From Pseudomonadota bacterium (GTDB lineage Bacteria; Pseudomonadota; Alphaproteobacteria; Rhizobiales; Aestuariivirgaceae), in NCBI GenBank assembly GCA_049323275.1, contig JBMOOM010000058.1, forward strand, positions 11,177 through 75,176: a DNA stretch of 64,000 nucleotides, in the 5' to 3' direction. Positions within the stretch are counted from its first letter, which is position 1, and each line of letters starts with the position of its first letter. Both the position numbers and the translations under genes were made by a program. Below are positions 26,010 through 36,047 of the stretch, piece after piece. Below the pieces are notes generated by a model. The model worked only from the letters and a program-made list of their open reading frames with translations, made no database searches and was not told the DNA's origin.

Positions 26010-27005
26010 ATGACCAAGCTTGTATGGGATGAATTCAGCACGCAGGTGCTGCCGCAGAACGATCACTTTGCGGTTTTTCACGGCGATACGATAAGGCGCG
26101 AGCCTGGAACCGGAGTCGCCGGGCAGAGAGACATTCAGTTCTCGGGGATGATCAAACGCTGCCGGCTCGGCATTGTCGGCGTCTCCAAGGTCACGGCGCA
26201 TGCGACGAGCTTCGTGCGCACGCCGGAACTCGCCCATGACGGCGGCGACGCCATCGTCGCGGTCTTGTGCCTGCAGGGCAGCATGCTGTGCACGCAGGGC
26301 GACGCGCCGGTGCAGCTCGGGCCGGGCGATGGCGTTCTATGCGACAGCGCCGAAGCCGACGGAATGCATATAGGTCCCGGGTCATGCTACTGGGCGCTCA
26401 AGATCGCGCGCGCCGACATGGCCAAGGTGGCGCCTCACATCAAGCACTTCGCCGGACTGAGGCTCGCCCATACCGGCATGGCGCTCAAGCTGCTCAGCCG
26501 ATATCTCGACGGACTTCAGGACAGCGACGCGCTGGGCGACGAGCAGGAGGCGCGGATCTTCGGCGATCATCTCGTCGATCTGATCAGGATGGCGATCAGC
26601 CATGAAAGCGAGGCCCTTCAGCTCGCCGAACGTCGCGGCGTCAGGGCGGTGCGCCATGCCGCGGTGCTGCGCGAAATCGAGCGCAATCTCGCCGACACCA
26701 CCCTGAGCGCCGCCCAGGTGGCCGAGAGGCTCGGCGTGACGCCGCGCTATGTGCATTTCCTGCTCGCCGAAAGCGGCCTTACCTTTTCCGAGCATGTGCT
26801 GGTGCGGCGGCTCAAGGCGGTCGAAACGGTGCTCGCCGATCCGGACAAGGTCATGCTCAAGATCTCGGCCATCGCCCGTCAGGCGGGCTTCACCGACATG
26901 TCCTATTTCAACCGCAGCTTCCGCAATCGCTTTGGCGACACGCCCTCGGGCTTCCGCAAGCGGGCGGTGAACGGCGCGATGGAGCCGAATGACGTGGCGG
27001 CGTAG
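26010..27005 (+). CDS. AraC family transcriptional regulator (AraC_binding_2 + HTH)
   Basis: C-terminal LSAAQVAERLGVTPRYV...ISAIARQAGFTDMSYFNRSFRNRFGDTPSGFR; start uncertain. Confidence 0.9.
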   Translation: MTKLVWDEFSTQVLPQNDHFAVFHGDTIRREPGTGVAGQRDIQFSGMIKRCRLGIVGVSKVTAHATSFVRTPELAHDGGDAIVAVLCLQGSMLCTQGDAPVQLGPGDGVLCDSAEADGMHIGPGSCYWALKIARADMAKVAPHIKHFAGLRLAHTGMALKLLSRYLDGLQDSDALGDEQEARIFGDHLVDLIRMAISHESEALQLAERRGVRAVRHAAVLREIERNLADTTLSAAQVAERLGVTPRYVHFLLAESGLTFSEHVLVRRLKAVETVLADPDKVMLKISAIARQAGFTDMSYFNRSFRNRFGDTPSGFRKRAVNGAMEPNDVAA

Positions 27006-27008
27006 GAG

Positions 27009-28595
27009 TCAAGTCGTCCCCGTCATGCGGAGCGTCAGGCGCCGCATGACATCGGCCAGTGAGCGACCGGGGTCGGAGACGGCAACCGGCGCTCGCCAGG
27101 CGACGAAGCCATCCGGGCGAATGACAATCGCGCCCGTGCCGGTCACGCCGAAAGCGGTCGGCCAATGGCCTTCCGGGTCAGTCAGATCGCCACCCGTGCC
27201 GAAGCGATGGCAACGCAGCAGGGGCGAGAGTGCTGCGGCCGCGGCGGCCCATTGGCCATTCTCGCCGGCGAGCAGGACAAAGCCCTTTCCGAAAAGATCG
27301 TGCGTCGACAGCGACTGTCCGCGGCGTGCAATCCGGAAATGCGGCGCGCGCGTGCCCGGTTCGCCCGACAGCTCCTGAAACCGCGCAAAAGCATTCTTCG
27401 CGGCTTCGGCTTCCGTCAGGATCGCGCTGGAGCGATAGAGCTGGCCGAAGACGACATCGTAGTCGTCCACCACCTCCACCGGCGGCGGCAGGCGTTTGCC
27501 TGGATCCTTGAACCATTTGCCGAGCCGGGCAAGGGCCTGCGCCAATGTCGCCTCGGCAACAGCGCGGCGCTCGGTGTCGTAGCTGTCGAGCAAAGCAGGA
27601 TCCGCTTCGCCATCGATGACCAAAGCAAGCTTCCAGGCGAGGTTGTGGGCGTCGTGGATTCCGGCATTGCCGCCGAAGCCGCCGGTGGGCGGCATCAGAT
27701 GAGCCGCGTCGCCGATGAGGAAACACCGTCCGTGGCGGAAACGGTCGGCGATATAGGCCGCCGCTTCCCAGGCACGCGCGTCGACCAGATCGGCCTTGAT
27801 GCCGCTGCGGCCGGCTGCCGTGACGACGAGATCGCGGCAGCGCACTGCGTCGAAGTCTTCGGGGCGCTCGCCACGTTCGGGCGCATATTGGAGGGCGATG
27901 AGCCAGCGGCCGTTGGAACGCGGCACCAGCGTTCCGTTCAGATCGGTGACGAAGCAGGCGGTGAAGCGCCGGCCGGCGATCGTATCGGGCAAGTCGGTAT
28001 CGAAGATGATGCTCATCCAGTGCTGAAGCACGCCAGGGCCCCGGCGTTCGATGCCGAGCTTTTCGCGTGTCGCTCCATGCGCGCCGTCGGCGGCGATGAG
28101 ATAGGCCGTGGACAGATACTCCTCCCGGCCCGAGGTCAGATCGCGGAGGCGGGCCGTGACGCCGTTCCCGTCCTGGTCGAGGCTCAACAATTCGCAATCG
28201 AAGCGCATTTCGGCGCCGTGCATTTCTGCATGGCTGCGCAGTATGGGCTCCAGCACATGCTGATCGCAGGTCGCGGGCTGCGTCGGGCTGACTTGCGATG
28301 CGTCGGCCCAGGCCGGACCGCTCCATTGGATGTCGGGATCGGCAAGGTTCTTCGCCCGCGCTATGCCGCCGCCTTGCTGGTCCCCCGTGCGCCGGTTGCG
28401 GATATCGGCTTCGAGGCCGATGCTGCGAAAGATCTCCATGCTGCGCGGCGATATGCCGGTGAATTTGTACTGGATGGAAGTGGCTGCATGACGTTCGACG
28501 ACGATGACGCGAATGCCGCGATGGGCGAGCAGCGCGGCGGCAGTGAGCCCACTGAGGCCGCCGCCGACGATCAACACGGATTTCCGGGGTTCCAC
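27009..28595 (-). CDS. FAD-dependent aromatic monooxygenase (FAD_binding_3; RdmE/PheA-TfdB-like)
   Basis: GTG start after AAGGAGG; VLIVGGGLSG, LIAADGAHG, FLIGDAAHLMPPTGGFGGNAGIHDAHNLAWK; C-terminal thioredoxin-like IRPDGFVAWR. Confidence 0.9.
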   Translation of the reverse strand: MEPRKSVLIVGGGLSGLTAAALLAHRGIRVIVVERHAATSIQYKFTGISPRSMEIFRSIGLEADIRNRRTGDQQGGGIARAKNLADPDIQWSGPAWADASQVSPTQPATCDQHVLEPILRSHAEMHGAEMRFDCELLSLDQDGNGVTARLRDLTSGREEYLSTAYLIAADGAHGATREKLGIERRGPGVLQHWMSIIFDTDLPDTIAGRRFTACFVTDLNGTLVPRSNGRWLIALQYAPERGERPEDFDAVRCRDLVVTAAGRSGIKADLVDARAWEAAAYIADRFRHGRCFLIGDAAHLMPPTGGFGGNAGIHDAHNLAWKLALVIDGEADPALLDSYDTERRAVAEATLAQALARLGKWFKDPGKRLPPPVEVVDDYDVVFGQLYRSSAILTEAEAAKNAFARFQELSGEPGTRAPHFRIARRGQSLSTHDLFGKGFVLLAGENGQWAAAAAALSPLLRCHRFGTGGDLTDPEGHWPTAFGVTGTGAIVIRPDGFVAWRAPVAVSDPGRSLADVMRRLTLRMTGTT

Positions 28596-28617
28596 GGATC
28601 TGGCCTCCTTGATTGGA

Positions 28618-28667
28618 ATTTGAAGATATTCAAATATTGAAGAGATAAAATATTTCCAAGCTTTCAA
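28618..28667. promoter_or_regulatory. Candidate MarR operators in the divergent promoter
   Basis: ATTTGAA-GATA-TTCAAAT (28618-28635) and a related TTCCAAGCTTTCAA (28654-28667). Confidence 0.65.
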
Positions 28668-28671
28668 TTTC

Positions 28672-29139
28672 ATGGGCTTTTGCCGTAAGGTCGCTGCCGT
28701 GACATCCGCCTCGGCTTCCCATCGTAAACGTGCCGCCCGGTCGTGGCGGCTGATGTTCGATTTCCTGATGGCCACCCGGCCGCAGCGCGACCACGCGTTG
28801 GAAAAGCGGGGACTGACGCCGAATGATGCCCGCGCCCTGTCGGATCTGCATGAAAAGCAGGGCCGGCCGATCGGCATGCTGGCGCGCCAATGGTCTTGCG
28901 ATCCGTCGAACGCGACATGGATCGTGGACCGGCTGGAACGTTCGGGCCTCGCCGAGCGCCGCCCGTCGCCGGAGGATCGGCGTGTGAAACTCGTATTCCT
29001 CACGGCCAGCGGCGCTCAGACGATGAAAGACATGCTGGCCGAATTCCACGATCCGCCCCCGGAGATGCTGAAGCTGGACGCAGGGGAACTCGACGCGCTC
29101 GAAGAGATTCTCCGGAAGCTCCAGTCGCGCCCGGGGTAG
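28672..29139 (+). CDS. MarR family transcriptional regulator
   Basis: DPSNATWIVDRLERSGLAERRPSPEDRRVKLVFLTASG. Confidence 0.92.
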   Translation: MGFCRKVAAVTSASASHRKRAARSWRLMFDFLMATRPQRDHALEKRGLTPNDARALSDLHEKQGRPIGMLARQWSCDPSNATWIVDRLERSGLAERRPSPEDRRVKLVFLTASGAQTMKDMLAEFHDPPPEMLKLDAGELDALEEILRKLQSRPG

Positions 29140-29357
29140 AACGTGAACGGGGACTTGTATTCCGGTCATTCGTCCCCATATGGGCGGTATCGAAGTTTCG
29201 CCCAACATTGTTGGCCGACGCGCTTTTGAGCGCGGAAATCACCGATTTCAGAACATCGATCCTGCGGGCTTGGCCCGTGTCAGCAGCGCAGACCGCGGAT
29301 GTACCGGCTGCGCTGCCGACAAATTTTTGTATTGATCAGCTGCTTGAGAGATCGACA

Positions 29358-29555
29358 ATGTCCTATTCCATCAGCGCGGCCAAAGCCAAGGCCACCCACG
29401 ACACAGCGATGAGCATCATCGAGAAGGAAGCCCGGGAGCGCGCCTCCAGGACTGCGCATCTGCGCGCGTTGCGTCTGGCCAAGGAAGCCGAGGCCATTGA
29501 TGATATCGTCGCGGTTGCCGGCGCCAAGAGCCGCGCGCGCCGGAAGAGCAGCTAA
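29358..29555 (+). CDS. Small basic hypothetical protein (RTAHLRALRLAKE motif)
   Basis: 65 aa after a GAGAG RBS; resembles a recurrent rhizobial small-protein family (recall). Confidence 0.65.
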   Translation: MSYSISAAKAKATHDTAMSIIEKEARERASRTAHLRALRLAKEAEAIDDIVAVAGAKSRARRKSS

Positions 29556-29998
29556 TTCATTTCAACGATCAAGGTCTTGCGGAAAAGCGTATCGCCGGCA
29601 TCGCCTTCGTCCGTCGCGCGCCAGCCCTTCAACGCATAAAAACGCGCGGCGCGTGAGCCGGTCGCGGTGGTGAGCCAGGCTTCTTCATGGCCTGTTTCCG
29701 CAAGCCATGCTTCGGCTGCGGCGAGAAGCGCCGAACCATGGCCCCTGCCTTCGCAACCGGGCTTGGTGAAGAGCGCAAACAGCGAGGCATCGCGCCGGTC
29801 GGCCATCGCGAAGGCGACGATATCGCCGTCATCTTCCGCCACCCAGGCGCCGAGATCGCCTGCCGCCATTTCGGCGAGCGTGGTTTCGGCGGTGATGCCG
29901 CGCTCGGCCATCTGCTCGATGCTCATATGATTCTCGACGACCGAGATGCGGATCGCCGTCATTGCCGGCATATCCTCGGCCCGTGCGACGCGGATCAT
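29552..29998 (-). CDS. GNAT family N-acetyltransferase
   Basis: LFTKPGCEGRGHGSALLAAA acetyl-CoA motif; AARFYALKGW. Confidence 0.88.
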   Translation of the reverse strand: MIRVARAEDMPAMTAIRISVVENHMSIEQMAERGITAETTLAEMAAGDLGAWVAEDDGDIVAFAMADRRDASLFALFTKPGCEGRGHGSALLAAAEAWLAETGHEEAWLTTATGSRAARFYALKGWRATDEGDAGDTLFRKTLIVEMN

Positions 29999-30774
29999 GA
30001 TTTCACCGGCACCGTATAGTTCAGCGGCAGCCTGCCGCCATCGGCATAGATGGTCTGGCCGGTGATGTAGCTCGCATCGTCGCAAGCGAGGAAAGCCGCG
30101 ATGGCGGCGATCTCGGCCGTGTCGCCGATCCGGCCCAAGGGGGTGCGCGACAGCAGGCGATGGCGGGCTTCGGGATCATTATTCACGGTCGTCAGCATGT
30201 CGGTCAGGATCGAGCCGGGGCCGATGGCATTGACGCGGATGCCATGCTCGGCAAGCCCGAGCGCCATCACCTTGGTGAGCTGGTTGACGCCGCCCTTGGA
30301 GGCGGAATAGGGCACTTGCGTCGCGATGGTGACCACCGCATTGACGGAAGACATGTTGACGATGGCGCCCGGTTTGCGCCCCGCCTGGGCCTGCTTCACC
30401 ATCTGGCGCGCCACCGCCTGGCCCATGAGGAAGGCGCCCTTCAGATTGATCCGGATGACGCGGTCGAAGTCGGCTTCCGAAATTTCCAGGATGTCGCCCG
30501 AGGCGGTGATGCCGGCATTGTTGATGAGGATGTCGATGGCGCCGTGGCTCGCGGCTACCGCGCTCACGACGCCGTTCACTTGCGCCGAATCGCCGACATC
30601 GCAATGCAGGTAGGAGGCGTCCGTTCCGAGTTGCCCTGCGGTTTCGCTCCCCCGCCTGTCGTCGATGTCGGTGAGAACGACGCGGGCGCCTTCGGCGAGA
30701 AGGCGCTCGGCGCAGGCGCGGCCGATGCCTCTCGCCGCGCCGGTGATGATGGCGATTCTGTCCTTGAGCCTCAT
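29995..30774 (-). CDS. SDR family oxidoreductase
   Basis: TGAARGIG, NNAGI, YSASKGG, VNAIGPG. Confidence 0.92.
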   Translation of the reverse strand: MRLKDRIAIITGAARGIGRACAERLLAEGARVVLTDIDDRRGSETAGQLGTDASYLHCDVGDSAQVNGVVSAVAASHGAIDILINNAGITASGDILEISEADFDRVIRINLKGAFLMGQAVARQMVKQAQAGRKPGAIVNMSSVNAVVTIATQVPYSASKGGVNQLTKVMALGLAEHGIRVNAIGPGSILTDMLTTVNNDPEARHRLLSRTPLGRIGDTAEIAAIAAFLACDDASYITGQTIYADGGRLPLNYTVPVKS

Positions 30775-30788
30775 TGTGCTTCCGATCT

Positions 30789-31547
30789 TCAACTGGAGAA
30801 AATGCCGCCCTGATCGGGATCGATGACGACCGAGGCGAGCGTCACATGACGCGGCCGCGTCAAGGCGAAGATGCCGGCCTCGACAATGTCGCGATTGGTG
30901 ACGAGCGAGTCGGCGGGACGGGAGGCTGCCCAGGCTTCGGCGTCGAGCGGCGAGATGTCGGCGAGATTGGGGGGATAGAGCGCGCTGACCCGCACAGGCC
31001 GGCCTTTCAGCTCCTGCTGGAGGCCCTCGGTCATGCCTGTTTGCCCGTGCTTGGCGGCGTGGAAGGCGACCGATGCGCCGCCAAGCGGCACATTGGGGAG
31101 GCCTGAGATCGACACGATATTGAGAATGTCGCCGGCGCCCGACGCCTCGAGCGGCCTGATGAGGCCGCGGGTGAACAGCAGCGTGCCGGTGACGCCCGAG
31201 GAAATGGTGCCGACGATGGCATAGGCGTCATGCTCGTCCATATTGCCGGCGAGCCACTGCGCGCCGTTGTTGATGAGGATGTCGATCGTCGCCAGCTCGT
31301 CGCGCAGCTTCTTGGCGGTGAGCGTCACCTGGCCGGGGTCGGCGAGATCGAACACGAGGGTGCGCGGCCTTTTACCGGTGCGCAGGCCGATGGCCTCGGC
31401 GGCGGTAGTCACCTGCTCGGTATTGCGTCCGGTCATGATGATGTCGGCGCCGAGATCGGCGAGGATGACGGCGAAGGCGGCACCGAGGCCGCGGCCGGCG
31501 CCTGTGATCACCACCGTCTTGCCCTTGAAATCCGGCGTGCTGAACAT
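30789..31547 (-). CDS. SDR family oxidoreductase (catalytic Tyr replaced: FHAAK)
   Basis: TGAGRGLG, NNGA; YxxxK motif reads FHAAK. Confidence 0.85.
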   Translation of the reverse strand: MFSTPDFKGKTVVITGAGRGLGAAFAVILADLGADIIMTGRNTEQVTTAAEAIGLRTGKRPRTLVFDLADPGQVTLTAKKLRDELATIDILINNGAQWLAGNMDEHDAYAIVGTISSGVTGTLLFTRGLIRPLEASGAGDILNIVSISGLPNVPLGGASVAFHAAKHGQTGMTEGLQQELKGRPVRVSALYPPNLADISPLDAEAWAASRPADSLVTNRDIVEAGIFALTRPRHVTLASVVIDPDQGGIFSS

Positions 31548-31582
31548 GCTTCCCTCTTTGGCGTCTTCTCGGGTGAGTCTAG

Positions 31583-32728
31583 CTAATAGCGGTCGGCGGC
31601 GCCAGCCGCGCGCGCCGAGGCGGCAATGACGAGCGAAGCCAGCACGACGAGGCCGAGCGCCATCGGCAGCCCGCTCAGTTCGGCGAGGAAACCGATCAGC
31701 GGAGGGCCGGCCAGGAAGCCGGTATAACCAAGCGTCGTCACCGCAGCGATGCCGCGTCCTGGCGCCTCGGGGGCCAATCGGCCGCCGCCGGCGAAGAGCA
31801 CAGGCGCGGCATTGCCGAGCCCGATGCCCGTCAAAGCCAGGGCCGCGATGGCGATGACCGGTGAGGGAATGACAAGGGCGATGGCCATTCCGAGTGCCGT
31901 CATGAGCGCGCTCCAGCGCAAGAGACGGGTGGCGCCGAATTGATCGCGCAGCCGGTCGCCGAGGAGGCGGGCCGCCGTCATGCCGACCGAGAAGGCCGCG
32001 AAGCCCAGCGCCGCCGTGGAGGCCTCGAGCAGGAAGCGCTGCCGCAGCATGATTCCGGACCAGTCGATGATGGCGCCCTCCGACATCAAGGTCAGGAAGC
32101 ACAGGGCGCCCAAGCCGAAAGAGGCGCGCGTCGGCCAGACGAAGATCGCCCCTGGCGTGCCTCTGTCGACGGCCGAAGGAAGATAGAAAGGGATGCAGGC
32201 GAGGAACAGAGCGAGGCCCAGCGCGGTGGTGAGAATGATCTGCGGCGTCTCGCCGATCACCTCGATGAGCAGAGCGCCGAGCGCCGTACCGGCCAGGGCG
32301 CCCGCGCTGTAAGCGGCGTGAACCACGGACATGGTCGGCCGCCGCAGCGCCTTCTCGACCGCGACACCATGGGCATTCATCGCCACATCCATGCCGCCCA
32401 AGGCGGCGCCGAAAAGAAGGGCGGCCGGCAGGAAACTCGCGAGATCCGGCGCCAGCGGCGGCAAGATGAAAGCGAGGCACAGCGCGATGCCGGTCACCGC
32501 GGTGACCTTGGCGCTGCCGAAGCGGCTCGTCATGCCGGCGGATATCGGCATGGCGATGATGCCGCCGATGGCGATGGCGAGCAGCGCCATCCCAAAAATG
32601 CCGTTGCCCACGGCGAGCCGGTCCTTGGCCAGCGGAATATGGGGAACCCAGGCGCCCACGATCAGACCGTAGACCAGGAAGGTCGCCGAGATGGCGCCGC
32701 GCGCTTTGTGAATGACGGAAGGGGACAT
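31583..32728 (-). CDS. MFS transporter
   Basis: About 12 TM helices; GMDVAMNAHG, LLGDRLRDQFG, GYTGFLAGPPLIG. Confidence 0.88.
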   Translation of the reverse strand: MSPSVIHKARGAISATFLVYGLIVGAWVPHIPLAKDRLAVGNGIFGMALLAIAIGGIIAMPISAGMTSRFGSAKVTAVTGIALCLAFILPPLAPDLASFLPAALLFGAALGGMDVAMNAHGVAVEKALRRPTMSVVHAAYSAGALAGTALGALLIEVIGETPQIILTTALGLALFLACIPFYLPSAVDRGTPGAIFVWPTRASFGLGALCFLTLMSEGAIIDWSGIMLRQRFLLEASTAALGFAAFSVGMTAARLLGDRLRDQFGATRLLRWSALMTALGMAIALVIPSPVIAIAALALTGIGLGNAAPVLFAGGGRLAPEAPGRGIAAVTTLGYTGFLAGPPLIGFLAELSGLPMALGLVVLASLVIAASARAAGAADRY

Positions 32729-32920
32729 TAGGACGGCGCGCCTCGATGCTGGTTGAGAAGGTTCCCTATCATCTTGCGCGTGAGGCGACAAAATGCGGAT
32801 TGCGCTTTGCCGGGAAATGTAGAACAAAAAGGCCGTGCCGAAGATTTGCCGTGGGGTAAGCGGCGCCGGCACCAAGATCGACAGTGACATATACGATGGG
32901 TGAGTGAGGGAACTTACTGC

Positions 32921-33661
32921 ATGATGCTGCGCAGCTTCGCTGCCGCCGCGATCGTCCTCGCGGCGACGATGTCCGTTCCGTGCGTTGCAAGCGATCAACG
33001 GCTTCTGGTTCTGGATGGGTCCTGGGTCAAATGGGGCGCGCCAAAATGGAGCACGGGCGCGACGGTGACCTATGGTTTCGCTGCAGCCGACGTGAAGTCG
33101 CCGTCGGCGCGCAACTGCGCCACGCTGCGGCCGCTCGACGGATTCGAGAAGCAGGCGGGATTTAGCGATGATCGCATGCGCGCTGAGGCCGCCGCCGCCT
33201 TCGCGGTTTGGTCGAAAGCCGCGAATCTCACCTTCATCGAGGCGCCGGATCCCGTTCAGGCCGACATCCTCATCGGCGCGCAAGGCACTCCCAAGGGGCG
33301 TGCTTTCACCAATATCGAGCTCGATTCGGGCCCGCTCGCCTCCGCGCCGGCGACGGAAAGAGGACTGGTCGCCGGCGATGAACCGGCGAATCCGCCCGCC
33401 AAGGCGCACAGCGTGCGGTCCATCCGCCAGGCGCTGATCTGTCTCAATCCGTCATCCGGATGGAAGATCGGCTTCGACGGCAATCTCGATGTCTATGATC
33501 TGCGCTACACGCTCATGCATGAGATCGGCCATGCGATCGGCCTCGATCATCCGGGGGCGGACGGTGCGCTGATGGGCTTCCGCTATGACGAGAAACTCAG
33601 AGGCCCGACGCCGAGCGACAGCGAGGCGGCGCGCAAGCTCTATGGGCCGCCCACGCAGTAG
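32921..33661 (+). CDS. Secreted matrixin (M10) metalloprotease
   Basis: Signal peptide; metzincin motif HEIGHAIGLDH and Met-turn LMG. Confidence 0.88.
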   Translation: MMLRSFAAAAIVLAATMSVPCVASDQRLLVLDGSWVKWGAPKWSTGATVTYGFAAADVKSPSARNCATLRPLDGFEKQAGFSDDRMRAEAAAAFAVWSKAANLTFIEAPDPVQADILIGAQGTPKGRAFTNIELDSGPLASAPATERGLVAGDEPANPPAKAHSVRSIRQALICLNPSSGWKIGFDGNLDVYDLRYTLMHEIGHAIGLDHPGADGALMGFRYDEKLRGPTPSDSEAARKLYGPPTQ

Positions 33662-33670
33662 CGCCGTCCT

Positions 33671-34015
33671 TCACTCCAGCCATTCCGTCGAAAATCTGCC
33701 GCTCGAATGAATGTCGATGGTCTCGAGCGGGCCGGGGCCGAGATTGCTGAACTTATGCGGCGTATTTGCCGGGGCGATCAGAATCTGCCCCGCAGTGGCG
33801 GTGATCTCCTGGTCGCCCAGCGTGAACAGGCCGGTGCCGGCGCGCACGATGAAAGTCTCGGCATAAGGATGCTTGTGCAGGCGCGGCCCGCCGCCGGGCG
33901 CGGCGATATGGTTGAAGATGACGCAGAGGTCGCCGCCATGCGGCCCCAGCTGCACCTCGCCCTGCCAGCGGTCCGGATGTGTGGCCCAGTCCTCGCGCCT
34001 GATGACGTGTGCCAT
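33671..34015 (-). CDS. Cupin domain protein
   Basis: GPRLHKHPYAETF...PANTPHKF. Confidence 0.88.
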   Translation of the reverse strand: MAHVIRREDWATHPDRWQGEVQLGPHGGDLCVIFNHIAAPGGGPRLHKHPYAETFIVRAGTGLFTLGDQEITATAGQILIAPANTPHKFSNLGPGPLETIDIHSSGRFSTEWLE

Positions 34016-34019
34016 GCGA

Positions 34020-35918
34020 CTAGCCGAGCCCCTTCGTTTTCAGCGCCGTGGTGATCTCATCGAGAATGACCGGATCGTCGATGGTCGCCGGCATCTTCCA
34101 TTCCTCGCGGTCGGCGATCTTGCGCATGGTGGCGCGCAGGATCTTGCCCGAGCGCGTCTTGGGCAGGCGCTGGACGATCATCACCGTCTTGAAGCTGGCG
34201 ACGGGACCGATCTCCTCGCGGATGCGCTGGATGCATTCGGCCTCGATCTCCTTCGCCTCGCGCGCCACGCCGGCCTTCAGCACGACGAAGCCGACCGGCA
34301 CCTGGCCCTTGAGCTGGTCGGCGATGCCGATGACGGCGCATTCGGCGACATTGGGATGGCCGGCCAGCACTTCCTCCATGCCGCCGGTCGAGAGGCGATG
34401 GCCCGCCGTGTTGATGATGTCGTCGGTGCGGGCCATGATGTAGAGATAGCCGTCCTCGTCCATGAAGCCCGCATCGGCGGTCTCGTAATAGCCGGGGAAG
34501 TGGTCGAGATAGCTGGCGCGGAAACGCGTGTCATTGCCCCACAAGGTCGGCAGGCAGCCGGGCGGCAGCGGCGTCTTGATGCAGATGGCGCCGAGCGTGC
34601 CGCGCTTCACCTCATGGCCGCCCTCATCGAGCACGCGCACGTCATAGCCGGGCATCGGAACGGTGGGCGAGCCGTATTTGACCGGCAGCCGGCCGAGCCC
34701 CACCGGATTGGCGACGATCGGCCAGCCGGTCTCGGTCTGCCACCAGTGATCGATGACCGGCACGTCAAGGCGCTCCTCGGCCCATTTCACCGTGTCGGGA
34801 TCGGCGCGCTCGCCGGCGAGGAACAAGGTGCGGAACTGCGACAAATCGTATTTGCGGATGAAATCGCCGTCCGGGTCTTCCTTCTTGATGGCGCGGAAGG
34901 CGGTCGGCGCGGTAAACAGCGCTTTGACGCCATGCTCGGCGATAACGCGCCAGAAGGTGCCGGCATCGGGCGTGCCGATCGGCTTGCCCTCGAAGAGGAT
35001 GGCGGTGGCGCCGTGGAGCAGTGGCGCATAGACGATATAGGAATGGCCGACGACCCAGCCGACATCGGAGGCGGCCCAGAAGGTCTCGCCCGGCGCGATG
35101 CCGTAGATATTCGGCATCGTCCATTTGAGCGCCACCATATGCCCGCCATTGTCGCGCACCACGCCTTTGGGCTGGCCGGTGGTGCCGGAGGTGTAGAGCA
35201 CATAGAGCGGATCGGTGGCCTCAACCGGCACGCACTCCGCCTTGCGCTGGGCTTTGCGGGTACGGGCGAGACCTTCGGCCCAGTCGTGATCGCGGCCTTG
35301 CGTCAGCTCGGCGGCGAGCTCCGGGCGCTGCCAGACGAGGCCATGCGCCGGCTTGTGCTGCGCGAGCTCGATCGCCTTGTCGACGAGCGGCTTGTAGGCG
35401 ACGACGCGGCCGGGCTCGAGGCCGCAGGAGGCCGACATGATGAGCTTCGGCTTGGCGTCGTTGATGCGGGTGGCGAGCTCGGCCGGCGCGAAGCCGCCGA
35501 AAACCACGGAATGAACGGCGCCGATGCGGGCGCAGGCCAGCATGGCGAAGACGGCGTGCGGGATCATCGGCATATAGAGGAGGACGCGGTCGCCTTTGAC
35601 GATGCCGAGGTCCTGCAGCAGGGCCGCGAGCGTCGCGACCTCGTCCTGGAGCTCCCCATAGGTGAAGCGCTGCTTCCGGCCGGTGAGCGGGCTGTCATAG
35701 ATGAGAGCGGGGCGGGCGCCGTGGCCGGCCGCGACATGGCGGTCGACGGCGTTCCAGCAGGTATTGCATTGGGCGCCGACGAACCAGCGGTCGAGGCCGT
35801 CGACCCTGGCATAGACATGGTCCCAGGGCTTGATCCAGTCGATGTCGCGCGCCGCCTCGGCCCAGAAGGCCTTGGGATCGGACAACCAGCGCTGATAGGT
35901 TTTTTCGTAGGTGCTCAT
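34020..35918 (-). CDS. prpE: Propionyl-CoA synthetase
   Basis: YTSGTTGQPKG, AASDVGWVVGHSY, DHWWQTETG, GHRLSTG, LPKTRSGKI. Confidence 0.88.
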   Translation of the reverse strand: MSTYEKTYQRWLSDPKAFWAEAARDIDWIKPWDHVYARVDGLDRWFVGAQCNTCWNAVDRHVAAGHGARPALIYDSPLTGRKQRFTYGELQDEVATLAALLQDLGIVKGDRVLLYMPMIPHAVFAMLACARIGAVHSVVFGGFAPAELATRINDAKPKLIMSASCGLEPGRVVAYKPLVDKAIELAQHKPAHGLVWQRPELAAELTQGRDHDWAEGLARTRKAQRKAECVPVEATDPLYVLYTSGTTGQPKGVVRDNGGHMVALKWTMPNIYGIAPGETFWAASDVGWVVGHSYIVYAPLLHGATAILFEGKPIGTPDAGTFWRVIAEHGVKALFTAPTAFRAIKKEDPDGDFIRKYDLSQFRTLFLAGERADPDTVKWAEERLDVPVIDHWWQTETGWPIVANPVGLGRLPVKYGSPTVPMPGYDVRVLDEGGHEVKRGTLGAICIKTPLPPGCLPTLWGNDTRFRASYLDHFPGYYETADAGFMDEDGYLYIMARTDDIINTAGHRLSTGGMEEVLAGHPNVAECAVIGIADQLKGQVPVGFVVLKAGVAREAKEIEAECIQRIREEIGPVASFKTVMIVQRLPKTRSGKILRATMRKIADREEWKMPATIDDPVILDEITTALKTKGLG

Positions 35919-36047
35919 CACATTTCCCGACGCTTCCACCCCGTCAGTCTTGGATATCGGGGCCGCCAGGACAACAGGAAAATGGTCTGGTTTTAAGGTG
36001 GCGGACTTGCTAGGACACGGGCCTCTTCCAACAGGCAGGAACTCATC

